Source: Dehalococcoidia bacterium
Lineage (GTDB): Bacteria > Chloroflexota > Dehalococcoidia > Lucifugimonadales > UBA1127
DNA length: 64,000 nt
NCBI GenBank assembly: GCA_965205235.1
Contig: CBDBGD010000003.1
Coordinates: 4,854-68,853, forward strand
Direction: 5' to 3'
Positions 46,920 to 56,525 of this stretch are shown piece by piece; position 1 is the stretch's first letter; the number at the start of each line of letters is the position of its first letter. The notes beneath the pieces are model-generated. The model was not told where the DNA came from, did not search any database, and saw only the letters and a list, made by a program, of their open reading frames with translations. A program made the translations under genes and the position numbers.

Positions 46920-47360
46920 CTAGTTCCCGCTCGCCGCGGTCTCTCGCCAGAGGCGGCAACCCGTGATGCCTACGATGAGCGGTAGGACCGTGTCGACAGC
47001 GGCCCAGATGACCCAGGCCTGGTGGTTGCCGTCCAGGCTGTCGGTCCCTTCCGCCAGCAGCGAGAACCAGTTGTGCAGGAACAGGATGGTCACGGCTGCG
47101 GTCAGGTAGAAGGCGACGTTGACCTCCAAGTACCGCCGGGTGACGGCCCCGGCCGCGTCGCCGCCGTCCTCCTCTCCCTTGCGGGCGTAGTTTGCCGCCA
47201 GCGCGATGGCCAGAGCGACGACCATCAGCACGTCCAGCACCAGCCAGATTTGCGGCACGTCGACGGCGTCGGTGAGCAGGGGGTTGACGATGAACCACAT
47301 CGCAACCGCAACTGCAACGCCAATCAGATAGACCGATCCCAGCTTCTTGAGTCCCTCCAT
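46920..47360 (-). CDS. hypothetical membrane protein
   Basis: 146 aa with four predicted TM helices. RBS GGAGGAGGG. Confidence 0.6.
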   Translation of the reverse strand: MEGLKKLGSVYLIGVAVAVAMWFIVNPLLTDAVDVPQIWLVLDVLMVVALAIALAANYARKGEEDGGDAAGAVTRRYLEVNVAFYLTAAVTILFLHNWFSLLAEGTDSLDGNHQAWVIWAAVDTVLPLIVGITGCRLWRETAASGN

Positions 47361-47363
47361 GGC

Positions 47364-47852
47364 TTACCCTCCTCCGCTAGTTTCTCCGGCCGACTCTTCC
47401 GACCGCATCCTATCGCTCTTCCAGCCGAAGGCGCGGCTAGGCTCCACCTCGACGATGACCTCTGAGGCGAAGCCCAGCCTTCGCTGCTCCTCCCCGCGGA
47501 CCTCCGCGGCCAGCGGGCCGTCCGGCACGACCGACGCTGTGCCTTCGATGATCAAATGCCGGCGCCAGCCCTGGGCCACGACCAGCGCGACAGCGGGCCG
47601 TCGCTGCAGGTGTCGCAGCGAGGCCGCGCCGCGGCTCTGACCGACGAAGAATCGCTCGCTGTGGTGGATGAGGGCCGTGACGGCGACATGCGGGCGACCG
47701 GCGGGGCCCGTCGTGGCCAGGGACGCGGCTGTGCGGGCTCGCAGGAAGGCCCGCACTTCCGCCGCGGTCATGGCGCCGGGGCCCAGCACCTTGCGCGTGT
47801 GGGCCGTTGCCCGGGCCAGGGACGTCCGCAACAGATACTCCAGCTCCGTCAC
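47364..47852 (-). CDS. pyridoxamine 5'-phosphate oxidase-like FMN-binding protein (tentative)
   Basis: AASLATTGPAGRPHVAVTALIHHSERFFV...LIIEGTASVV resembles the PNPOx split-barrel family. Confidence 0.65.
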   Translation of the reverse strand: MTELEYLLRTSLARATAHTRKVLGPGAMTAAEVRAFLRARTAASLATTGPAGRPHVAVTALIHHSERFFVGQSRGAASLRHLQRRPAVALVVAQGWRRHLIIEGTASVVPDGPLAAEVRGEEQRRLGFASEVIVEVEPSRAFGWKSDRMRSEESAGETSGGG

Positions 47853-47861
47853 TCCCTCTCC

Positions 47862-48806
47862 TCAGCTCGGCAGGCTCGCGCCGACGAAGGACGCGTGGCC
47901 CACCAGGAAGTCCCGCGCCGCCATGGGCTTACGCCCTTCGATCTGGACGCGGAGCAGGCCCAGCACACCGTCGCCAGTGCCCACGCCGACGGTGGTCGCC
48001 CCCGACGGGGGGAGCGACACCACCTCCCCCGGCTGCGCCGTCACACTCGATGCGGGGAGAGGGACAACCTCGACCAGCTTCAGACGCCGCCCCTCCCACG
48101 TGGTGTGCGTTCCGGGCCAGGGGGTGTAGGCGCGGACCTGCCGCCACAGCCGCTCGGCGGGCTCGCGGAAGTCCACCTCCCCGTCCTCCTTGCGCAAGGG
48201 GCGGGTATAGGTGGCTTGGGCATCGTCCTGGGGCTTAGGCCGAATCTCCCCACGCGCCCAGGGCCCCAGCGTCTCCGCCAGCAGCGACGCTCCGCGCCGG
48301 AAGAGCCGCTCCGTGAGGGTCTCGGCGGTGTCCTCGGGTTGTATGGGCTCCTCCATCTGCGCCAGAACAGGCCCCGTGTCCATGCCTTCGTCGATGAGCA
48401 TGACGGATACACCGGTCGTCTGCTCGCCCGCCAGGACCGCGGCCGCCACAGGCGAGGGGCCGCGGTAGCGCGGCAGCAGCGACGGGTGGATGTTCAGGGT
48501 TCCGCGGGGGGCAACCCACAGCAGCGCAGGCGGCAGGATCCTTCCGTACGCGGCGACGACCATCGCCTCCGGCGCCATCGCGGCGACGCGGCCCACCGCC
48601 TCCTCCCCTCGCCAGGACGACGGCTGGATCACCGGCAGGCCAAAGTCTTCCGCCACCTGCTTCACCGGCGGCGCTCCCCGCGCCAGCCCGCGCCCCGACG
48701 GCCTGTCCGGCTGGGTGGCCACGCCCACCACCTCGTGGCAGCCGTCCAGGAGCGCCTCCAGAACGGGGACCGCGAAGTCCGGCGTGCCAAAGAAGAGTAT
48801 CCGCAC
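47862..48806 (-). CDS. fmt: methionyl-tRNA formyltransferase
   Basis: RILFFGTPDFAVP, LNIHPSLLPRYRG and a C-terminal Fmt domain. Confidence 0.92.
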   Translation of the reverse strand: MRILFFGTPDFAVPVLEALLDGCHEVVGVATQPDRPSGRGLARGAPPVKQVAEDFGLPVIQPSSWRGEEAVGRVAAMAPEAMVVAAYGRILPPALLWVAPRGTLNIHPSLLPRYRGPSPVAAAVLAGEQTTGVSVMLIDEGMDTGPVLAQMEEPIQPEDTAETLTERLFRRGASLLAETLGPWARGEIRPKPQDDAQATYTRPLRKEDGEVDFREPAERLWRQVRAYTPWPGTHTTWEGRRLKLVEVVPLPASSVTAQPGEVVSLPPSGATTVGVGTGDGVLGLLRVQIEGRKPMAARDFLVGHASFVGASLPS

Positions 48807-49206
48807 AGCAGCCGAATTATATCAAGGGTTTCCCACTGTCACCCGGCCATCGCGAGGGGCTCTCAGAACGGTTTTTCGGCCCCTAATCAGAAAGGGCCCG
48901 CGCCGTTGCCCGCTAGGAGGAATTACGCTACATCTAGGCGTAGTATCACCGTAATTCTCAGGATTATCCGCAAATCTCTATCTGTAAAATACCTCTACAA
49001 TTTCGGCACATTAGCTATAGGCGGGGCTGTGATATATCGAATTCGTGCCTGGAGGCGTCAACGAGACGTCGCGAGATTCCGCTCAAATCCCCAGCATTTT
49101 CCCCTTGCAGCACCCAAAATACCCCTGGTATTTTCTCCATGTCCCATCCGGAGGTGTGAATCGTGTCACCCGCGCGGCCTTTGCGCCGCCCAGGACCGGC
49201 CCAGCT
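48807..49206. other. candidate chromosomal replication origin (oriC) / dnaA upstream control region
   Basis: At 400 bp this is the largest non-coding spacer in the window and the most AT-rich (22/60 G+C at 48961-49020). One 8/9 DnaA box, TTATCCGCA, lies at 48964-48972, with only degenerate extra boxes. It is directly upstream of dnaA, and essential genes diverge from it. Confidence 0.45.
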
Positions 49207-50538
49207 ATGACCGCAGCCCAGCTCTGGGAGGCGGCTCTTGGCGCCCTGGAGGTTCGACTGGCGGGCCCCAGCTTCGACACATTCCTTCGGGGAACGCGGG
49301 GCCTGTCCCTCAACGGCGACAGGCTCGTCGTGGGGGCCCCGAGCCCCTTCGCCGTTGAGTACCTGGAGAAGCGGCTCAGGGGGGCGGCGCAGGAGGCCGT
49401 GCGCAGCGTGGCCCGGGCCACCCTCACCGTGCATTTCCAGGTGGCCGATTCCGAGGGCGCTGTCGCCGCTCCAGGCGCGGCCTCTCCCCACACCGCCCCC
49501 TCCTCGAGGCGCCGAAGCAAGTACACTTTCTCCTCCTTCGTCGTCGAGCCGTGTAACCACCTGGCTCACGCCGCGGCCGTCGCCGCGGCCCGGGATCCGG
49601 GGCTGAAGTACAACCCCCTCTTCCTGCACTCGCCCGTGGGGCTGGGCAAGACGCACCTGCTGCGCAGCATCCAGCACCACCTGGCCTCCCAAGGCGTGGA
49701 GGCGGTCTACGTCAACGGGGAGCAGTTCACCACCGAGTTCGTCACCGCCGTTCGCCGCGGCGGGGCCGACGCGTTCAGGAGGAAGTACCACGGCGCCGAC
49801 GCCCTCCTCTTCGACGACATCCAGTTCCTGGGAGGGAAACGGCAGACGCAGGACACGCTCTACCACGTCTTCAACGCCCTCCACCACCAGGACCGGCAGC
49901 TCGTCCTGGCGAGCGACCGCCCGCCCCAGGCCCTCACCTCCCTCGGCGACCGCCTGCGCTCCCGGCTGGACTGGGGCCTCACCGTGGAGATCCTGTCCCC
50001 GGACCAGGCGTCCCGGCGCAACATCCTCCAGGCGAAGGCCAAGCGGCTCAAGTCACCGCCACCCGACGAGGTTATCGCCGCCCTGAGCGTCCCCCCCTGC
50101 GTCAGCATCCGAGAGCTCGAGGGGAGACTCACCCGTCTCGTCGCCCGCACCGAGCTGACAGGCCAGGCTGCGACACTGGCGACGGCAGCTAGCGTCCTCG
50201 CCGATGCAGCATCCCTGTCCCAGACGAACGCGCCCATCTCCCCGGCCCGCGTCATCGCAGCCGTCGCAGCGCACTACCACGTCACCGCCGCTGCCCTGGC
50301 GGGCCCGGGCCGGGACCGCACGACCAGCCGCGCCCGGCATATCGCCATCTACCTGCTCCGGGAACACGGGTCCCTCTCCCTTGCCGAGATCGGCCGCCTG
50401 TTGGGAGGCCGAGACCACAGTAGCATCGGTCACGCATACCGGAAGATGCAGAAGGCCCACGCAGAAGACCTCTCCTTGCAGAGACAGATACGAGAGATCA
50501 CCTCCACCACAGAGGTCACGTCTCCCATTCCCCAGTAA
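49207..50538 (+). CDS. dnaA: chromosomal replication initiator protein DnaA
   Basis: MTAAQLWEAALGAL N-terminus, AAA+ Walker A SPVGLGKTHLL, Walker B LLFDDIQFL, sensor motifs, and a C-terminal DNA-binding domain (RARHIAIYLLRE...SLAEIGRLLGGRDHSSIGHAYRK). Confidence 0.95.
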   Translation: MTAAQLWEAALGALEVRLAGPSFDTFLRGTRGLSLNGDRLVVGAPSPFAVEYLEKRLRGAAQEAVRSVARATLTVHFQVADSEGAVAAPGAASPHTAPSSRRRSKYTFSSFVVEPCNHLAHAAAVAAARDPGLKYNPLFLHSPVGLGKTHLLRSIQHHLASQGVEAVYVNGEQFTTEFVTAVRRGGADAFRRKYHGADALLFDDIQFLGGKRQTQDTLYHVFNALHHQDRQLVLASDRPPQALTSLGDRLRSRLDWGLTVEILSPDQASRRNILQAKAKRLKSPPPDEVIAALSVPPCVSIRELEGRLTRLVARTELTGQAATLATAASVLADAASLSQTNAPISPARVIAAVAAHYHVTAAALAGPGRDRTTSRARHIAIYLLREHGSLSLAEIGRLLGGRDHSSIGHAYRKMQKAHAEDLSLQRQIREITSTTEVTSPIPQ

Positions 50539-50581
50539 ATCCCCGGCGAACCCCAGTCTTTGCTACAATCTTCCAGGATAG

Positions 50582-51913
<1,332 letters not shown>

Positions 51914-51982
51914 CGCCGCCTTGACGCGCAGGTTGCAGGCCGATAGCATGCGCGGCAGCCCGACGAGACGCCAGGGGTTGCC

Positions 51983-52600
51983 GTGCCGCTGAAGCTGGGA
52001 GTCCTGGGGGGCACCTTCGACCCCATCCACCTGGGCCACCTCCTCATCGCAGAGGAGGCGCGAGAGCACCTGGGGCTGGACCGGGTCCTCTTCATCCCGA
52101 CGGGGCAGCCGTATCTCCGGCCGGCCAGCCCTCGCGCCTCGGCAAACCACCGGCTGGCGATGACCCGGCTGGGCGTCGCGGACAACCCCTCGTTCGAGGT
52201 GTCGGAGGTGGAGGTCAAACGGGCGGGCCCTACGTACACCCTCGACACGCTGGAGGACCTTTCCCGGGAGCACGGCGAGGGGCTGAAGCTGTTCTTCGTG
52301 CTGGGCGTGGACTCGGCCAGGACGCTGCCGCGCTGGCACGAGCCGGCGCAGGTGCTCGCCCGATGCAACCCAGTGGTGGTGGTCAGGCCCGGCGCCGGCG
52401 AATGGGACCCGCGGGTTCTGGATGCTCTCTGTCCTGGCGTCTCCCAACGCGCCGTCCACCTGCAGGGGCCGCAGTTGGGCATAAGCGGTACGGAGCTGCG
52501 CCGGAGGATCGCATGCGGAGAGTCCGTCCGCTACTGGGTGCCACGGCCCGTCGTGGAGTACATAGCGCAGCACAAACTGTACCAGGAGGGTCAGCCATGA
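51983..52600 (+). CDS. nadD: nicotinate-nucleotide adenylyltransferase
   Basis: LGVLGGTFDPIHLGHL (HxGH) and ISGTELRRR (ISSTxxR-like). Confidence 0.9.
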   Translation: MPLKLGVLGGTFDPIHLGHLLIAEEAREHLGLDRVLFIPTGQPYLRPASPRASANHRLAMTRLGVADNPSFEVSEVEVKRAGPTYTLDTLEDLSREHGEGLKLFFVLGVDSARTLPRWHEPAQVLARCNPVVVVRPGAGEWDPRVLDALCPGVSQRAVHLQGPQLGISGTELRRRIACGESVRYWVPRPVVEYIAQHKLYQEGQP

Positions 52601-53223
52601 CACAGAGGATAGGCAAGCAGGTCCTGGCGATGGCCAACAGCCTGGGAGCGCTGACCTTTGGCGATTTCGTCCTCAGCTCGGGACAGCGCAGCAGCTACTA
52701 CTTCGACGGCCGCCTGCTGACGCTCGATCCGCGGGGCGCGTACCTGGTGAGCAAGGCCCTCACGCCCGTCGTCCTCGACCACGGGGCCGAGGCGGTGGGA
52801 GGCCCCACGCTGGGCGCGGACCCGATGGTGGGCGCCATCGTGCTGACCAGCTACCTGGAGGACAAGCCCCTCCGTGGGTTCCTGGTCCGCGGCGAGGCCA
52901 AGGCCCATGGCACCGGCCGGCTCATCGAAGGGCCCATCCAGCGCGGGAACGCGGCAGGGTCGGAGGTCCTGGCGGGGATCAACCCGGAGGACTCCCCCGA
53001 GCTTGGCCCGGTGAAGGTGGCCATCCTGGACGATGCGTGCTCCACGGGTGGCAGCCTCTTCCACGCCATCGACGCGGTAGAGGCCGCGGGCTGCAAGGTG
53101 GTCTGCGTGGCCGTGGTGCTGGACCGCCACCAGGGTGGCAGCGAGGAGATCCGCCGCCGCGGCTACCCCTTCGTCACCCTCCTGGAGGCCGACGCGGAGG
53201 GGAGTATCCGGGTCGCGGTGTAG
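52597..53223 (+). CDS. pyrE: orotate phosphoribosyltransferase
   Basis: FGDFVLSSGQRSSYYFD and the PRPP loop VAILDDACSTGGS. ATG overlaps the nadD stop (ATGA). Confidence 0.88.
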   Translation: MTQRIGKQVLAMANSLGALTFGDFVLSSGQRSSYYFDGRLLTLDPRGAYLVSKALTPVVLDHGAEAVGGPTLGADPMVGAIVLTSYLEDKPLRGFLVRGEAKAHGTGRLIEGPIQRGNAAGSEVLAGINPEDSPELGPVKVAILDDACSTGGSLFHAIDAVEAAGCKVVCVAVVLDRHQGGSEEIRRRGYPFVTLLEADAEGSIRVAV

Positions 53224-53257
53224 GGAGTGAAGCGACTGGAGTGACAATGGGAGACCT

Positions 53258-54334
53258 ATGACGGGCATCTGGACGAACACGGGAGAGGGTTGGAAGGTAG
53301 GTTCGCCACAGGCGTTCCAAGATGAGGCGTCGCTGCACAGCCTCATAGCAAGGAACCCCCAACTGCTCCCGCTCGCTGGCTCGCCCCGCTTGACTGTCTT
53401 GGGCTCTGAGATACCTCTGGGCAATGGCTATGCGGACATCTTGGCAGTGGAGTCAACCGGGCGCCCCGCGATCATCGAAGTGAAACTCGCCCGCAACCCG
53501 CAGGCCCGCAGGGACGTGGTGTCGCAGGTTATCTCGTACGCAGCCTTCCTCCATGGAGCGGACGTTGAGGGCCTCGAAAGAGGCCCGCTGCGCAAGGCTC
53601 TTGCCGATGAAGGGTACGGCTCCATCCTGGAGGCGGTACAGGCCCAGGACCAGGAAGGCGCAGTGGACGCCGACTCCTTTGTGGCCTCGATGCAGGAGTA
53701 CCTGGACCAGGGCAACTTCAGACTGGTCCTCGTGCTGGACGAGGTGTCGGCAGAGTTGGCCCGGGTCGTCGCCTACCTCGACGCCATGACAGTCCAGTCG
53801 CTAACGATTGACCTGATGACGCTCGCGGTCTACGACGTGAACGGGGCGCACGTCGCCCTACCCCAGCGGGTCTCACCCGACCTCGGTGCGGCGGCGCCCC
53901 CTGCATCGCCTGGTAGGGAGCGTCCTGCGCGGCCCAGGGGGGTATTGTCGGATGGTTCGGATGCATTTCGGGCTACCGTAGAAGACGCCCCTGACGATGC
54001 CCGGACGAAGTTCGATGAGTTTATCGCGTGGGCGGAGCATTTGGCTGTGCTGCCGAATGTGCGGCTCTTCAGCTACACCGGCTCTAGTCAGCACTCACTC
54101 TTGCCTAGGATCCTGCCAGACAGCGTTGGCCTCGTGACCATCTATAACTACAGGCAGCAGCCGTCCATCACGGTCTGGCGGTCCGTTTTCGAGAGGCTCG
54201 CCCCGAACTCGATCGAAGCGGTTGAACGGGTGATTGCGCCGGTCAAGATCGGGCAGGGCAACACCGTCTACAACGTGACACCCCAGGCACTTAAGGCGCT
54301 GACGGCAGCCTACCAAGAGGCGAGCGGGACCTGA
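53258..54334 (+). CDS. hypothetical protein with N-terminal NucS/Shedu-like PD-(D/E)xK nuclease motif
   Basis: EASLHSLIARNPQLLPL...GNGYADILAVESTGRPAIIEVKLARN...QVISYAAFL follows the E...nP.LL / D / ExK / Q..Y order of NucS/DUF91 and DUF4263-type nucleases. The C-terminal ~230 aa are unrecognised. G+C is modestly lower (37/60 and 35/60 in two samples). Confidence 0.6.
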   Translation: MTGIWTNTGEGWKVGSPQAFQDEASLHSLIARNPQLLPLAGSPRLTVLGSEIPLGNGYADILAVESTGRPAIIEVKLARNPQARRDVVSQVISYAAFLHGADVEGLERGPLRKALADEGYGSILEAVQAQDQEGAVDADSFVASMQEYLDQGNFRLVLVLDEVSAELARVVAYLDAMTVQSLTIDLMTLAVYDVNGAHVALPQRVSPDLGAAAPPASPGRERPARPRGVLSDGSDAFRATVEDAPDDARTKFDEFIAWAEHLAVLPNVRLFSYTGSSQHSLLPRILPDSVGLVTIYNYRQQPSITVWRSVFERLAPNSIEAVERVIAPVKIGQGNTVYNVTPQALKALTAAYQEASGT

Positions 54335-54376
54335 TCTCCGGCCGCCAGGTCCTGATTGGCGAAGCCTCTTGAAACC

Positions 54377-55108
54377 CTACCCCACCACGATGGCGTCGAA
54401 GGGCAGGTAGCCGGCCAGGGTAGGCATCAGGTTGGTGAACACGGCCACGCCCAGCAGGATGAGCAGCACGCCCCCGGCATAGTTGGTGTACTGGAGCGTC
54501 TTGCCGTGACGCCGCATGAGGCCTGACGCCATGCCGGTGAAGGTCCCGGCCGCCAGGAAGGGCAGCATCATCCCCAGGGAGTAGGCGAAGAGGAGCACCG
54601 CGCCCGTCTGCGCCGACCCCGAGGTTCCCGCCAGGACGAAGATCGCCCCCAGTATGGGTCCCACGCAGGGCACCCAGCTCACGGCGAAGGCCGCCCCCAC
54701 CAGGAACGAGCCGAAGTAGCGCAGCCGCCGCGCGAACTCTAGCCGGGGCGCGAACCCCCGCTCGAGCATCGGCACCTTCACCAGCCCCAGGGCCGTCAGG
54801 CCAAAGGCCATGATGAGGATGCCGCCCACCCGGTTGAGCCACACGGTGTTGCTGCCAACGGCTTGGGAGAGGGCCCCCAGGGAGGAGCCCAACAGGACGA
54901 AGACCATGGTGAAGCCCACGATGAACGTGGCCGTGTTGAGGATCGTGGCGCGTCGTAGCGAGCCCACGCTGCTGCCGGAGTCGGCGGAGAGGGTGAAGCC
55001 GGCCAGATAGGTCAGGAAGGCCGGCACCAGGGCCAGGGTGCAGGGCGCCAGGAAGGAGGTGACCCCCGCAGCGAAGGCCACGATGAGGCTAACCGAGCTT
55101 GTGTCCAT
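54377..55108 (-). CDS. ccdA: cytochrome c biogenesis / thiol-disulfide transporter CcdA (DsbD family)
   Basis: Six-TM protein with FLAPCTLALVP and WVPCVGPILG, the two conserved Cys-containing helices. Confidence 0.88.
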   Translation of the reverse strand: MDTSSVSLIVAFAAGVTSFLAPCTLALVPAFLTYLAGFTLSADSGSSVGSLRRATILNTATFIVGFTMVFVLLGSSLGALSQAVGSNTVWLNRVGGILIMAFGLTALGLVKVPMLERGFAPRLEFARRLRYFGSFLVGAAFAVSWVPCVGPILGAIFVLAGTSGSAQTGAVLLFAYSLGMMLPFLAAGTFTGMASGLMRRHGKTLQYTNYAGGVLLILLGVAVFTNLMPTLAGYLPFDAIVVG

Positions 55109-55115
55109 AGCAGTC

Positions 55116-56288
55116 CTACCGTCCGAAGGTGAAGGTATAGAACAGGAACTCGTCCGAGTTGACCCGGAGCTTTAGCGCGCCCGTATGGACGCCGCCGCTT
55201 CGAATGACGTTGTAGAGGCGCGGCTCGTCCACCAGGAAGAAGGTGCGCCCCGCGTCGTCGGTCTGGATGTCGTCGCCGCGCAGGGCCTCCGGGATGGGGG
55301 CCCCGTTGTGGGTGACGACTACGGGGAAGGCCTCCGCGGTCTCGTCGGGGCGGATCACGGCGTTGACACTGGCGGCCATGTACAGGATGGCCACGTAGTT
55401 TTCGAAGTCCGTGGTCGTCTCCGCGTGGCGGATCTTCTCCGCGCCCAGCTCCCAGCGGCCGTTGAGGTAGATGCGGCCGTTCTCGTGCAGGCCCGGGTCC
55501 GTGAAGGAGATGGCCTCCCCCTCCCGGAGACGCATGTCTGCGATGGTGTCGAAGTTGCCCAGGTAGCCGCCGGGGGCCCACTTGAGGCCGGCGTACAGCT
55601 CCCGGGTGATGGGGACGCGAGCGCCCGATGGCTCCGCTTCCACCCCGCCGATGGGAACGGCGGAGACGTCGGCGCCGATCTCTTCCAGCAGTTTCCGTAT
55701 CTCCTTCTCCGTCTCTTCGTAGGCCCCCTCGCCGATGCGGTCGTAGCGCTGGACGCCGTTCTGGTCCATGAGATACTTGCGGGGCCAGTACCGGTTGCGG
55801 TAGGCGTCCCAGGTGATGTGTCGGTTGTCCATGGCCACGGGCCAGGCGACTCGCTGCCTGGCCATGGCGTCTCGCACGTTCTGCTCGTCCTTCTCGAAGT
55901 CGAACTCCGGCGCGTGAACGCCCACCATGACCAGGCCGTGACGAGAGTACTTCTGGTGCCAGTCCCGCAGATACGGGAGCGTCCTGATGCAGTTGATGCA
56001 GGAGTACGTCCAGAAGTCGACGAGCACGACCTTGCCCCGGAGCTCGGCCATGGTGAGCGGCTCCGTGTTGAGCCACTTGGTGATCCCGACGAACTCGGGC
56101 GCCACGGGGCCGGTCGGCGTCGACGGGGTCTCACCGTTGGTCGTGGCGGCGACTGCCGGCGCCTCCACGGGGGTGGTGTCCACGGTGGCTGGAGGCGCAG
56201 GGTCTATGGTGAGCTGGATGATGAAGATGAGGGCGACAATTGCAGCGATGGCCCCGCCCAAGGCCAACCACCGTCGTGAACCGGTCAT
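55116..56288 (-). CDS. membrane-anchored thioredoxin-like protein (DipZ C-terminal type)
   Basis: TM anchor, then VVLVDFWTYSCINCIRTLPYL (CxxC), HAPEF and YWPRKYL, followed by a ~200-aa C-terminal beta-rich domain as in DipZ. ATG is at 56288. Confidence 0.85.
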   Translation of the reverse strand: MTGSRRWLALGGAIAAIVALIFIIQLTIDPAPPATVDTTPVEAPAVAATTNGETPSTPTGPVAPEFVGITKWLNTEPLTMAELRGKVVLVDFWTYSCINCIRTLPYLRDWHQKYSRHGLVMVGVHAPEFDFEKDEQNVRDAMARQRVAWPVAMDNRHITWDAYRNRYWPRKYLMDQNGVQRYDRIGEGAYEETEKEIRKLLEEIGADVSAVPIGGVEAEPSGARVPITRELYAGLKWAPGGYLGNFDTIADMRLREGEAISFTDPGLHENGRIYLNGRWELGAEKIRHAETTTDFENYVAILYMAASVNAVIRPDETAEAFPVVVTHNGAPIPEALRGDDIQTDDAGRTFFLVDEPRLYNVIRSGGVHTGALKLRVNSDEFLFYTFTFGR

Positions 56289-56447
56289 TCCGCTTCCCCC
56301 TTGTTCTCCACGCGTCGCTGCGGGTCTGTCCCCGCACACAGAATATACGTAGAGGATCCCAGCGCGGGTTTGAGGTTGCCCACGCCGGAGTTCGGGAGAA
56401 GCGCGGGCAGACGTTTCAACCGCCTGCTTTTCGCATTCCATGATAGT

Positions 56448-56498
56448 GCACGGCAAGCTCCGCTGTCACCGACACCCTGCAGCCGGAGCTTGCCGTGC
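56448..56498. other. perfect 15-bp inverted repeat with 21-nt spacer (stem-loop or protein-binding site)
   Basis: GCACGGCAAGCTCCG (56448-56462) and CGGAGCTTGCCGTGC (56484-56498). Located in the divergent intergenic region, 28 nt upstream of the tlyA start. No flanking T tract. Confidence 0.5.
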
Positions 56499-56525
56499 GC
56501 AGACTCGCCCGCTACTGTGGTCGGC

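Noticed and set aside
48866-48877. Second LexA box (GAACGGTTTTTC) in the dnaA upstream spacer
   Set aside because: Only one half-site matches (GAAC-N4-TTTC). With one mismatch in a 4-nt half-site, this is likely chance.
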